Of a DNA stretch of 64,000 bases, positions 15,623-23,198 are shown one piece after another. The notes beneath the pieces are model-generated. The model ran no database searches, had not been told where the DNA came from, and saw nothing but the letters and a program-made list of their open reading frames with translations. The stretch is from an uncultured Elusimicrobia bacterium (GTDB lineage Bacteria > Elusimicrobiota > Elusimicrobia > FEN-1173): positions 16,251-80,250 of the forward strand of contig CAYZXT010000009.1 in the NCBI GenBank assembly GCA_964482515.1. The letters are read 5' to 3'. Numbering within the stretch: the first letter of the stretch is position 1; each line of letters starts with the position of its first letter. Made by a program: the position numbers and the translations under genes.

Positions 15623-16669
15623 TTACTTTTTTATGTAGACCTGGATTCCTTCGGAGAGGGCGGAGAAGAGGATTTGGAGGGCGTAGCTGAGCAGGGCGAT
15701 CACCACGATCACGATCAGCGTCATCAACTGTTCCATGCCGGCGTAGTTCGACACGAAGATCAACAGGGAAACGAACCCGGCGATCAGGCCCGTGGCCGCC
15801 GACAGCCGGCTGAGGAACCGCAGCATCTCGCTGACCTGCTGCAGGGTGCCGAAGGGGGAGAGGTTCAGCTTCTCGGGCGGGGCGGATTCCTGCAAAACGC
15901 TGCCGCAGGACGTGCAATACCAGGACGCCAGCCCGTTGTTGGCGTGGCAGCGGTCGCAGGTCTTGTGGTCGAGCTTGCCCACGAAGCGGCGCCGGAAGAT
16001 GAAGAAGCGCTCCGCCGTCGCGATGGCCGACCAGAGCGACAGTCCGATGATCCCGCCCAGCACGGCCTCGCTCAGCCGCCGCAGGACCCAGGAATCCATG
16101 GCCACGGTCTGGATCAAATAAACGTGGAACGAGGACCCGAGGTAGGCGCCGATGCCCCCGCCCAGAAACCCGCTGGCCACGCCCCAGAAGATTTTGTCCG
16201 CCCGCTTCTCCCACCAGGCGCTCACGGTGCCGATGGCCGCGCCCGCGATGGCCCAGTAAAGGAAGATCAGCCAGGGGATGAAGTCCGGCCCCAGGCGCGT
16301 CTGCAACAGTTGGAAGATCAGCCCGCCGGCGAGCCCGCCCAGTCCGCCTACCAGCGCGCCCCGGACGGTCTTCGGCGTGGACTCCTCCACCATGCCGTCC
16401 ACCGAACCCAGGAACGCCCCGCCCATGAGCCCCGTCAACCCGTAGATCGAATAGCCCGAGCCCGTCTGCGACAGGATGCGGGCCACCATGGGGATGAAGA
16501 ACCAGGCGATGACGCCGGCGGTCGAGCCCGCGCAGGCGCGGCGCAGGATCCAGTGCAGGTGGCCGCGGAACTTGGCGGCGGCGAAGGAGACGGGGTTGAA
16601 GGCCATGCGGCAGCGGCCGCAGTAGTTCAGCTGGATCGGGTTTTCATGGTCGCAGGAGGGGCATTTCAT
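15623..16669 (-). CDS. Polytopic membrane protein with two zinc-ribbon motifs
   Basis: MKCPSCDHENPIQLNYCGRCRM (CxxC-x11-CxxC) at the N-terminus; several Gly-zipper-like TM segments (GALVGGLGGLAGGLIF); a second ribbon HKTCDRCHANNGLASWYCTSCG; and further C-terminal TM helices. Confidence 0.65.
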   Translation of the reverse strand: MKCPSCDHENPIQLNYCGRCRMAFNPVSFAAAKFRGHLHWILRRACAGSTAGVIAWFFIPMVARILSQTGSGYSIYGLTGLMGGAFLGSVDGMVEESTPKTVRGALVGGLGGLAGGLIFQLLQTRLGPDFIPWLIFLYWAIAGAAIGTVSAWWEKRADKIFWGVASGFLGGGIGAYLGSSFHVYLIQTVAMDSWVLRRLSEAVLGGIIGLSLWSAIATAERFFIFRRRFVGKLDHKTCDRCHANNGLASWYCTSCGSVLQESAPPEKLNLSPFGTLQQVSEMLRFLSRLSAATGLIAGFVSLLIFVSNYAGMEQLMTLIVIVVIALLSYALQILFSALSEGIQVYIKK

Positions 16670-16716
16670 CTCGAAGGATTTTTATCATATGCGTTGCCGC
16701 CAGGCAACGTGCCGGT

Positions 16717-16785
16717 CCTTGTCCGCTAGGCATGGTCCCGGTCTGTCGGATGGGATTGTCGGATGGCACAGGCCACGGGACAATT
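16717..16785 (+). repeat. Dispersed island repeat, copy A
   Basis: Core CCTTGTCCGCTAGGCATGGTCCCGGTCTGTCGGATGGG plus a second block TGGCACAGGCCACGGGACAATT. Homologous copies lie at 19005-19088 (same orientation), 22131-22201 and 23809-23845 (inverted). Confidence 0.75.
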
Positions 16786-16789
16786 GGTA

Positions 16790-16818
16790 AAATTGTGCAG
16801 CAAGTTGCTGCACAATTT
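16790..16818. promoter_or_regulatory. Perfect 29-nt palindrome upstream of the YhcG-like gene
   Basis: AAATTGTGCAGCAA-G-TTGCTGCACAATTT (14-bp arms, checked base by base) ends 38 nt before ATG 16857. A second, imperfect palindrome TGCCACAGCTTGCGGCA follows. Confidence 0.6.
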
Positions 16819-16856
16819 AAAACTGCCACAGCTTGCGGCAGAATTAGGTGAACATT

Positions 16857-17942
16857 ATGCCGCGTCAGAAAAAATCCCATCCAATAGTGAAACAAGCTGC
16901 TTCATCATTTCCGATGCCCGTTGATTTGTTGTCGGACATTCGAGGGTTTATTGAGACAACCCGTTCCCGGACGGCGCAGGCCGTCAATGCCGCATTGGTC
17001 ATGCTCTATTGGCGCATCGGGCGGCGTATCCAAGACGATGTTCTTAAAAACAAGCGGGCCGGTTATGGGGAAGAGATTGTGCAGACACTGTCGACACAAT
17101 TGGTCCCTGAATTCGGGGAGGGATTTGGCAAGCGGGTTCTTTTTCGGATGATTCGGTTCGCCGAGGCTTTCCCGGACGAACAGATTGTGTCGACGCTGTC
17201 GACACAATTGGGATGGTCTCATTTTGTGGAAATCATTCCCTTGGACGATCCGCTCAAGCGGAATTTCTACGCCGAGATGTGTCGGCTGGAGGGCTGGAGC
17301 GTGCGGAAGTTGCGGGAGAAAATCAGCGGGATGCTTTTTGAGCGGACGGCCCTTTCTAAGAAACCCGCCAAACTCGCTGAGTTGGAGCTGAAGAAGCTTC
17401 GCGAAGAGGACAAGCTCACGCCGGACCTGGTTTTCCGGGACCCTTATTTCCTGGATTTTCTCGGTCTTAAAGGTGTGTATCTGGAAAAGGATTTGGAAGC
17501 CGCGATCTTGCGGGAGATGGAGACGTTCATCCTGGAGTTGGGGGCCGGTTTTTCCTTCGTCTCTCGGCAAAAACGCATCCAGATCGGCGGAGAGGATTTT
17601 TATTTGGACCTTTTGTTCTATCACCGTAAACTGCGCCGCCTCGTCGCCGTGGAATTGAAATTGGGGAAGTTTAAACCCCAGTTCAAAGGCCAGATGGAGC
17701 TTTACCTTCGCTGGCTGGACAAGCACGAACGGCAGTCCGGCGAAGAAGCGCCGCTCGGACTCATCCTTTGCGCGGACAAGTCCGACGAACAGGTGGAGTT
17801 GTTGCAACTTGAAAAGAGCGGCATTCGCGTTGCTCAATATATGACTGCCTTGCCGTCTCGAAAGGTATTGGAAAATAAACTCCACCAAGCCATCCGCCAT
17901 GCGCGGGAACGCTTGGAAACCATAAAAGAATCCGGCGATTAG
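16857..17942 (+). CDS. YhcG/DUF1016 family PD-(D/E)xK nuclease
   Basis: The DUF1016_N region has the duplicated IV(Q/S)TLSTQL and WSHFVEIIPL motifs. The C-terminal nuclease core is GEDFYLDLLFYHRKLRRLVAVELKLGKFKPQFKGQMELYLRWLD. ATG 16857 is preceded by AGGTG; the track starts at GTG 16848. Confidence 0.85.
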   Translation: MPRQKKSHPIVKQAASSFPMPVDLLSDIRGFIETTRSRTAQAVNAALVMLYWRIGRRIQDDVLKNKRAGYGEEIVQTLSTQLVPEFGEGFGKRVLFRMIRFAEAFPDEQIVSTLSTQLGWSHFVEIIPLDDPLKRNFYAEMCRLEGWSVRKLREKISGMLFERTALSKKPAKLAELELKKLREEDKLTPDLVFRDPYFLDFLGLKGVYLEKDLEAAILREMETFILELGAGFSFVSRQKRIQIGGEDFYLDLLFYHRKLRRLVAVELKLGKFKPQFKGQMELYLRWLDKHERQSGEEAPLGLILCADKSDEQVELLQLEKSGIRVAQYMTALPSRKVLENKLHQAIRHARERLETIKESGD

Positions 17943-18011
17943 TGACCCCGTTGGCCCGTTTCTTTGGTTACTTTCTTTCGGGCACGCGAAAGAAAGTGAC
18001 ATAATGTCCGC

Positions 18012-18983
18012 ATGCCACCCCCGTGGAAACCGATATTACTTGTCGGGCTATGCCTGATATCCACCGGCGCGGCGCATCCCTGGTCCCGCGCCGGGCATGA
18101 AGCCTCCGCCCTCATCGCCGAAGGCCGCCTCGACCCCGCCACCCAAGCCAAAATCCGCGCGCTCCTCGGGCCCGGCGTCGGGCTGGACGACATCGCCCTC
18201 TGTTCCGACGCCATCAAGCGCCGCTCCGTGAACTGCGCCGGCGCCTTCTTCGTCAAGCGCGCGCCCCACACCAAGGCCTGGCATTACATCGACATCCCCA
18301 TTTCCGACGAACCCGCCGCCGGCGGCCTGCAGCAGTATTGCCCCAACGACGATTGCGTGACGGACCGCATCGCCGACCAAACCAAGGTCCTCAAAGACCC
18401 CGCCGCCCCGCGGCTGGAGAAGCAGGTCGCGCTCATGCACCTGGTCCATTTCGTGGGCGACCTGCACCAGCCGCTGCACTGCGCCGACGACAGGGACGCC
18501 GGCGGCAACGGCAAGAAGGTCTGGTTCATGGCGGGTCCCCGCGCCCGGAAGCCCGCCACCCTCCACCAGCTCTGGGACAACATGGTGGAGAAGGATTCCG
18601 TGCACGACAGGCTGGACGTCCGCGGCCTGGCCCGGTCCCTGGACGGCGCGATCACGGAGGAGGAAGCCGCGGCCTGGGCCAGGGGCTCCACCCACCAATG
18701 GACGATCGAAAGCCACCGCATCGCCCGGAACACGATCTATCCGCAGTACGCGCGGGACAAGGGGAAGGATTTGGGCAAGGACTACCAGGACGCCATGCGC
18801 CCCATCGCCCATGAACAGGTTCAAAAGGCCGGCGTCCGGCTGGCGGTGCTGCTGGACAAGACCCTGGCCGGCGTCACGGTGGAAGACCTCACCCGCGAAG
18901 CCCCGAAGCGGAAGGCGACGCCCGTTCCCACCGGACAAAAACCGCCCAAAGGCGGCGGCCCCATCCCCCTGCCGGGAAGATAG
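18012..18983 (+). CDS. Exported S1/P1-family nuclease
   Basis: Signal peptide then ...HPWSRAGHEASALIAE, WHYIDIPI, ALMHLVHFVGDLHQPLHC and LHQLWD (zinc ligand motifs of the S1-P1 family), with a Pro/Lys-rich tail. Confidence 0.8.
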   Translation: MPPPWKPILLVGLCLISTGAAHPWSRAGHEASALIAEGRLDPATQAKIRALLGPGVGLDDIALCSDAIKRRSVNCAGAFFVKRAPHTKAWHYIDIPISDEPAAGGLQQYCPNDDCVTDRIADQTKVLKDPAAPRLEKQVALMHLVHFVGDLHQPLHCADDRDAGGNGKKVWFMAGPRARKPATLHQLWDNMVEKDSVHDRLDVRGLARSLDGAITEEEAAAWARGSTHQWTIESHRIARNTIYPQYARDKGKDLGKDYQDAMRPIAHEQVQKAGVRLAVLLDKTLAGVTVEDLTREAPKRKATPVPTGQKPPKGGGPIPLPGR

Positions 18984-19004
18984 GTTTTTGATGTCATTCC
19001 GGCG

Positions 19005-19088
19005 CCTTGCCGCTAGGCATGGTCCCTCTTTGTAAGAAGGGGGGTAGGGTGAGGGTGGGCATTTATCGTGGCACAGCCCGGCCAAATT
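19005..19088 (+). repeat. Dispersed island repeat, copy B
   Basis: CCTTGCCGCTAGGCATGGTCCCTCTTTGTAAGAAGGGG ... TGGCACAGCCCGGCCAAATT. It starts 22 nt after the S1/P1 stop. Confidence 0.75.
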
Positions 19089-19190
19089 TCCTAATATGGC
19101 GAAGTGGTTTTCAGACGGAAACAGCGAGGGCGTCTTGAGGGAATCATGGGGCGCGTGAGGTTTGTTTTGGGAAATGATTAGGAGGATTGT

Positions 19191-21977
19191 TTGCCTTTAA
19201 GTTGGAATGAGATTCGTCATCGAGCTATTGGATTTTCACGCGAATGGGCAACGGCTGTGCGTGAAAGATCGGAATCCCAAACTTTTTGGAATGAATTTTT
19301 CCTGGTCTTTGGCTTCCCGCGGAAGAAAGTCGCCCTCTTTGAGGAACCAGTAAAGAAGTTGTCTGGGGAATATGGGTATATCGATCTCATCTGGCCGGGA
19401 ACGTTGTTGGTTGAACATAAGAGTTTCGGTCAAGACTTAAGCAAGGCTGAGTCTCAAGCTTTCCGCTATGCCAGGAGTTTGAACCAAGAGGATTCTCCCC
19501 GCTACATCATCGTTTCGGATTTCGCCCGCATCTCTCTCCACGATTTGGAAGAGGACAAAAGTATTACCTTTCCACTGACTGACTTTCATAAACACATCCA
19601 CGACTTCGCATTTATGTCCGGGTATCAGCAGCATACCTTTCAAGATCAAGATCCTATCAATATCGAAGCCGTCGAAATCATGGGTAAACTCCATGATGTT
19701 CTTGGGGACGGTGGCTACAGCGGCCATAAACTGGAGCGGTTTCTAGTCCGCATTCTTTTTTGCCTCTTCGCAGAGGATACGGGTATTTTCGAACGTGAGG
19801 AATTTCACTTCTTTATACGGAACAGCACCTCCGAGGATGGCTCAGATTTAGGGAACCATCTTGCCCGACTGTTTGACGTCCTAAACACACCAAAAGAAAA
19901 ACGCCAAAAGAACCTCGATGAATCCCTTGCAGATTTACCTTATGTAAATGGGGAACTGTTCGCGGAGAACCTTGGTTTCGCGGACTTCAATAGCGATATG
20001 CGCAATGCGCTTTTGGCCTGCACGCGGTTTGATTGGTCCAAGATATCTCCAGCCATCTTCGGCTCTCTATTCCAAGCGGTAATGGAACCGAAAGAGCGCC
20101 GCCAAATCGGAGCACACTATACCAGCGAGAGGGATATATTGAAAGTTGTTCGGAGTCTATTTCTTGATGATCTCCGCGTAGAATTTGAGGGTATCAAGAG
20201 ATCCACTGGTCAAAGTCGTAAATCTGGATTGAAACGCTTCCATGAAAAAATCTGCGCTTTACGTTTTCTTGATCCGGCCTGTGGTTGCGGTAATTTTCTT
20301 GTTATTACCTACCGTGAACTCCGTGAATTGGAATTGGAAACATTACGGGAGTTGCATCTTACAGGCACCGGTGAGGCAAAAGGATTCCAGCAGGAATTAA
20401 CGCTTGAGGAAGTAAACAGACTATCACTTGTTGATGTGGACCAACTATACGGCATTGAATTGAAGGAATGGCCCGTAAGAATCGCCGAAGTGGCTCTTTG
20501 GTTAATGGATCATCAAATGAACATCAAGGTTTCCGAGACCTTCGGCCAATTGTATCAAAGGCTTCCTCTGAAGAAACGTCCCAACATCGTGCAAGGTAAC
20601 GCTTTACGAATGGATTGGAAAGAAGTCATTCCCCCAGAGAAATGCAGTTACATCCTTGGGAACCCGCCATTTGTGGGGGCCATGTATATGGAGCCAGAGC
20701 AACGGCACGATATGCTGCTTGCAGCGAATAATTTAAATGGTGTTGGTGTTTTGGATTATGTTTCGGCATGGTATTTTGTCGCTTCGGGCTATGTAACGGG
20801 GACAAAAATAAGAGTTGGTTTTGTTTCAACCAACTCGATTACACAAGGCGAGCAGGCGGGAATTTTATGGTCTGAACTGTTTAATCGGGGAGTGAAGATT
20901 CATTTTGCACATCGGCCATTCGCCTGGGATAGTGAGGCCAGAGGAAAGGCTCATGTTCACGTTGTGATAATAGGATTTGGTGTTTTCGACATCCCGGCAA
21001 AAATAATATTTGATTATGATGCTAATCCCGGGAAACCAATCTTGTCGCAGGTTCGTAATATTAATCCTTATTTAGTTGAGGGCATGGACATTTGCATTCG
21101 TAATCGAAGTGAGCCGATTTGTAATGTTCCCAAAATGGCTTGGGGAAGCCAGCCTCGGGATGGGGGAAATTTCCTGATGAGTTCCGAGGGAAAAAAGGAT
21201 CTATTACGTAAGGAACCTGCTGCAATAAAATGGATTAGACCATTCATGGGGGCTGAAGAGTTTTTAAATGGCGTAGAACGATGGTGCCTTTGGTTGGTGG
21301 GTATTCAGCCGCAAGAACTTAACAGCCTTGTTGAAGTCAAAAATAGAGTTGAAGGTGTAAAGCAAATGCGTCTTTCTAGTAAAGCGGAAGCGACCCGAAA
21401 AAAAGCGAGCACACCAACATTATTTGCCCAAATTGCACAGCCAAACTCTGATTATCTTCTGGTCCCATTGGTAAGTTCTGAACGCCGTTCAATTATTCCA
21501 TTTGGCTTCATGTCCAAAGAGGTTATTGCCAGCAATCTTTGTTGCATAGTTTCGGATGCTACGCCATATCATTTCGGAATACTCTCATCGTCTATGCATA
21601 TGGCCTGGGTTCGTCAGATTTGTGGTAGGCTCGAATCTCGTTACAGGTATTCAAAGGATATCGTCTACAACAATTACCCTTGGCCGCAAAATCCGACGGA
21701 CAAACAGAAAGTCGCGGTGGAAGAGGCGGCGCAAAACGTCTTGGACGTCCGAAAGGAATATTCAAAATCCACGTTGGCCGATCTTTACGATCCACTGTCC
21801 ATGCCGCCGAAGCTTGTCAAGGCTCACGCGAACTTAGACCGGGTTGTTGACCTTTGCTATCGCAAGGAATCGTTCACCAGCGAACGCCAGCGCGTGGAAT
21901 ATCTTTTCAATTTATATGAGCGATTGACCGAACCGTTGGTTGCTATGTCTAGTCGGAAAAAGCGAACCAAGACTTAG
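19191..21977 (+). CDS. MmeI-family type IIL restriction-modification enzyme (single-chain endonuclease plus N6-adenine methyltransferase)
   Basis: The N-terminus reads SWNEIRHRAIGFSREW...ESQTFWNEFFLVFG...YGYIDLIWPGTLLVEHKS (D...ExK). The SAM motif is RFLDPACGCGNFLV and the catalytic motif is LGNPPFVG. It is 928 aa with a TTG start preceded by AGGAGG, and is clearly AT-richer than the flanks. Confidence 0.85.
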   Translation: MPLSWNEIRHRAIGFSREWATAVRERSESQTFWNEFFLVFGFPRKKVALFEEPVKKLSGEYGYIDLIWPGTLLVEHKSFGQDLSKAESQAFRYARSLNQEDSPRYIIVSDFARISLHDLEEDKSITFPLTDFHKHIHDFAFMSGYQQHTFQDQDPINIEAVEIMGKLHDVLGDGGYSGHKLERFLVRILFCLFAEDTGIFEREEFHFFIRNSTSEDGSDLGNHLARLFDVLNTPKEKRQKNLDESLADLPYVNGELFAENLGFADFNSDMRNALLACTRFDWSKISPAIFGSLFQAVMEPKERRQIGAHYTSERDILKVVRSLFLDDLRVEFEGIKRSTGQSRKSGLKRFHEKICALRFLDPACGCGNFLVITYRELRELELETLRELHLTGTGEAKGFQQELTLEEVNRLSLVDVDQLYGIELKEWPVRIAEVALWLMDHQMNIKVSETFGQLYQRLPLKKRPNIVQGNALRMDWKEVIPPEKCSYILGNPPFVGAMYMEPEQRHDMLLAANNLNGVGVLDYVSAWYFVASGYVTGTKIRVGFVSTNSITQGEQAGILWSELFNRGVKIHFAHRPFAWDSEARGKAHVHVVIIGFGVFDIPAKIIFDYDANPGKPILSQVRNINPYLVEGMDICIRNRSEPICNVPKMAWGSQPRDGGNFLMSSEGKKDLLRKEPAAIKWIRPFMGAEEFLNGVERWCLWLVGIQPQELNSLVEVKNRVEGVKQMRLSSKAEATRKKASTPTLFAQIAQPNSDYLLVPLVSSERRSIIPFGFMSKEVIASNLCCIVSDATPYHFGILSSSMHMAWVRQICGRLESRYRYSKDIVYNNYPWPQNPTDKQKVAVEEAAQNVLDVRKEYSKSTLADLYDPLSMPPKLVKAHANLDRVVDLCYRKESFTSERQRVEYLFNLYERLTEPLVAMSSRKKRTKT

Positions 21978-22008
21978 ATCAAAAAGGTGTTTTTATGAAA
22001 AAGAAACC

Positions 22009-22035
22009 GGTACCGGAGTTGACAGATTGACAATC
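22009..22035 (+). repeat. Copy 2 of the GT(G/A)CCGGAGTTGACA motif
   Basis: GGTACCGGAGTTGACAGATTGACAATC, 32 nt after the MmeI-like stop. Confidence 0.7.
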
Positions 22036-22076
22036 AGGTTCAGTACTAGATTTGATTTGTTGAAGGAGCCCCCGCA

Positions 22077-22223
22077 ATGAAAACCAAAAAGCCCCTCTGC
22101 CAAGCCATCAACACGAAAGGGAAGAAGTGCATTGTCCCTGCCGTGCCCGGCAGCAAATTCTCACCTTCCTACAGACAGGTGCCACGGCTAGCGCCGACGG
22201 GTTTCCGACATAAGAAGAAATAA
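22077..22223 (+). CDS. 48-aa basic protein with a short Cys motif (possibly degenerate)
   Basis: GAAGGAG lies 9 nt upstream of the ATG. The product is MKTKKPLCQAINTKGKKCIVPAVPGSKFSPSYRQVPRLAPTGFRHKKK. It is too short for the ORF track, and its 3' half is made of island repeat copy C. Confidence 0.4.
   Translation: MKTKKPLCQAINTKGKKCIVPAVPGSKFSPSYRQVPRLAPTGFRHKKK
22131..22201 (-). repeat. Dispersed island repeat, copy C (inverted)
   Basis: The reverse complement reads CCCGTCGGCGCTAGCCGTGGCACCTGTCTGTAGGAAGGTG ... GGCACGGCAGGGACAAT. Confidence 0.7.
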
Positions 22224-22369
22224 CTGTCCTTTTCTCCCGTTATTCCCAGCCCGTTTCCCTAAAACTTCAGATTAAATCCCGCTAAGCTCCAGATTCTTCC
22301 TCTATGATGAGGTGAGATATGGTTCTTGATGGTCGTTCACATATATGTTAACCTTGAGGAGATGGCGGC

Positions 22370-22792
22370 GTGAGCACTCATTCTGAGAAGCGGAATTGCG
22401 TGCTTTATTCCGGCCGGTTCTATTCGGCCGAATGGTATTACAGGGAGGACGGCGGGATGCCGGCTCTCGAATATTATCGGGAACTCCCTATCCATGATCG
22501 AGTGCGGCTATTACAGATCATTAAGCACCTGTGCGACGCTCCCTACGGGACAATCCTTCCCGTGACGCTTTACAGGATCGAAGATCGGGAAAACAAGATT
22601 TACGCGTTTAAGCCGAGGGACGAGCGATTCTTCAGTTTTACGATGGAGGGCGCAAGGGTCATCGTTACGAACGCTTACCGCAAGCATTCACAACAGATGA
22701 CCAAGGCGGATCTGGAGTCCTTGAAAACAGCTGTTCGCTATCGGAACGATTATTTGAGGCGCCTGAAAGAGGGGACATATTATGAAGGCTAA
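22370..22792 (+). CDS. RelE/ParE-superfamily toxin (Gp49/DUF891-like)
   Basis: ...KIYAFKPRDERFFSFTMEGARVIVTNAYRKHSQQMTKADLE. The GTG start is preceded by GAGGAG, and the gene overlaps the downstream HTH gene by 11 nt. Confidence 0.65.
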   Translation: MSTHSEKRNCVLYSGRFYSAEWYYREDGGMPALEYYRELPIHDRVRLLQIIKHLCDAPYGTILPVTLYRIEDRENKIYAFKPRDERFFSFTMEGARVIVTNAYRKHSQQMTKADLESLKTAVRYRNDYLRRLKEGTYYEG

Positions 22793-23132
22793 AAAGAAAA
22801 TCAAAAAGGCAAAGAGCACCTTTGATCGGGAAATGGAAAACCCGGAATTCAGGAATCTTTTCGAGGAATCTTGGCCCGCCTTCCAAGTGGAAGTCCAGCT
22901 GCTGAAAGCCTTGGAAGGCAAGCAATGGTCCTATTCCGACCTCGCGAAGGTATTGCACACGCAGAAGAGCGCCATTTCGCGCGACCTGAAAGGCGGCGGC
23001 ATTCGGTCTGCTTCCATCACGCGGATCGCGAAGATGGCGGAAGCCCTGGGAATGAGATTTATCCCGTTCTGCGTCTCCGAGAAGAAGGCGAGGGAAATTC
23101 TTCCCGCTATCAAGAAACTCCTGGCCGCGTAA
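22782..23132 (+). CDS. HTH (XRE-like) antitoxin
   Basis: WSYSDLAKVLHTQKSAISRDLKGGGIRSASITRIAKMAEALGMRF is a helix-turn-helix pattern. The gene is small and translationally coupled to the toxin gene. Confidence 0.65.
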   Translation: MKAKKKIKKAKSTFDREMENPEFRNLFEESWPAFQVEVQLLKALEGKQWSYSDLAKVLHTQKSAISRDLKGGGIRSASITRIAKMAEALGMRFIPFCVSEKKAREILPAIKKLLAA

Positions 23133-23141
23133 TAGGGATTC

Positions 23142-23167
23142 GTGCCGGAGTTGACACGTTGACAATC
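23142..23167 (+). repeat. Copy 3 of the GT(G/A)CCGGAGTTGACA motif
   Basis: GTGCCGGAGTTGACACGTTGACAATC, 10 nt after the antitoxin stop and 32 nt before ATG 23199. Confidence 0.7.
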
Positions 23168-23198
23168 GACCAGCCTATTCTTTAAGTACAATACCTCC

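Noticed and set aside
17083-17215. Repeated CTGTCGACACAATTGG inside the YhcG-like gene
   Set aside because: It is explained by an internal protein duplication (IVQTLSTQL / IVSTLSTQL) typical of the DUF1016 N-terminal region. It is not an independent nucleotide element.
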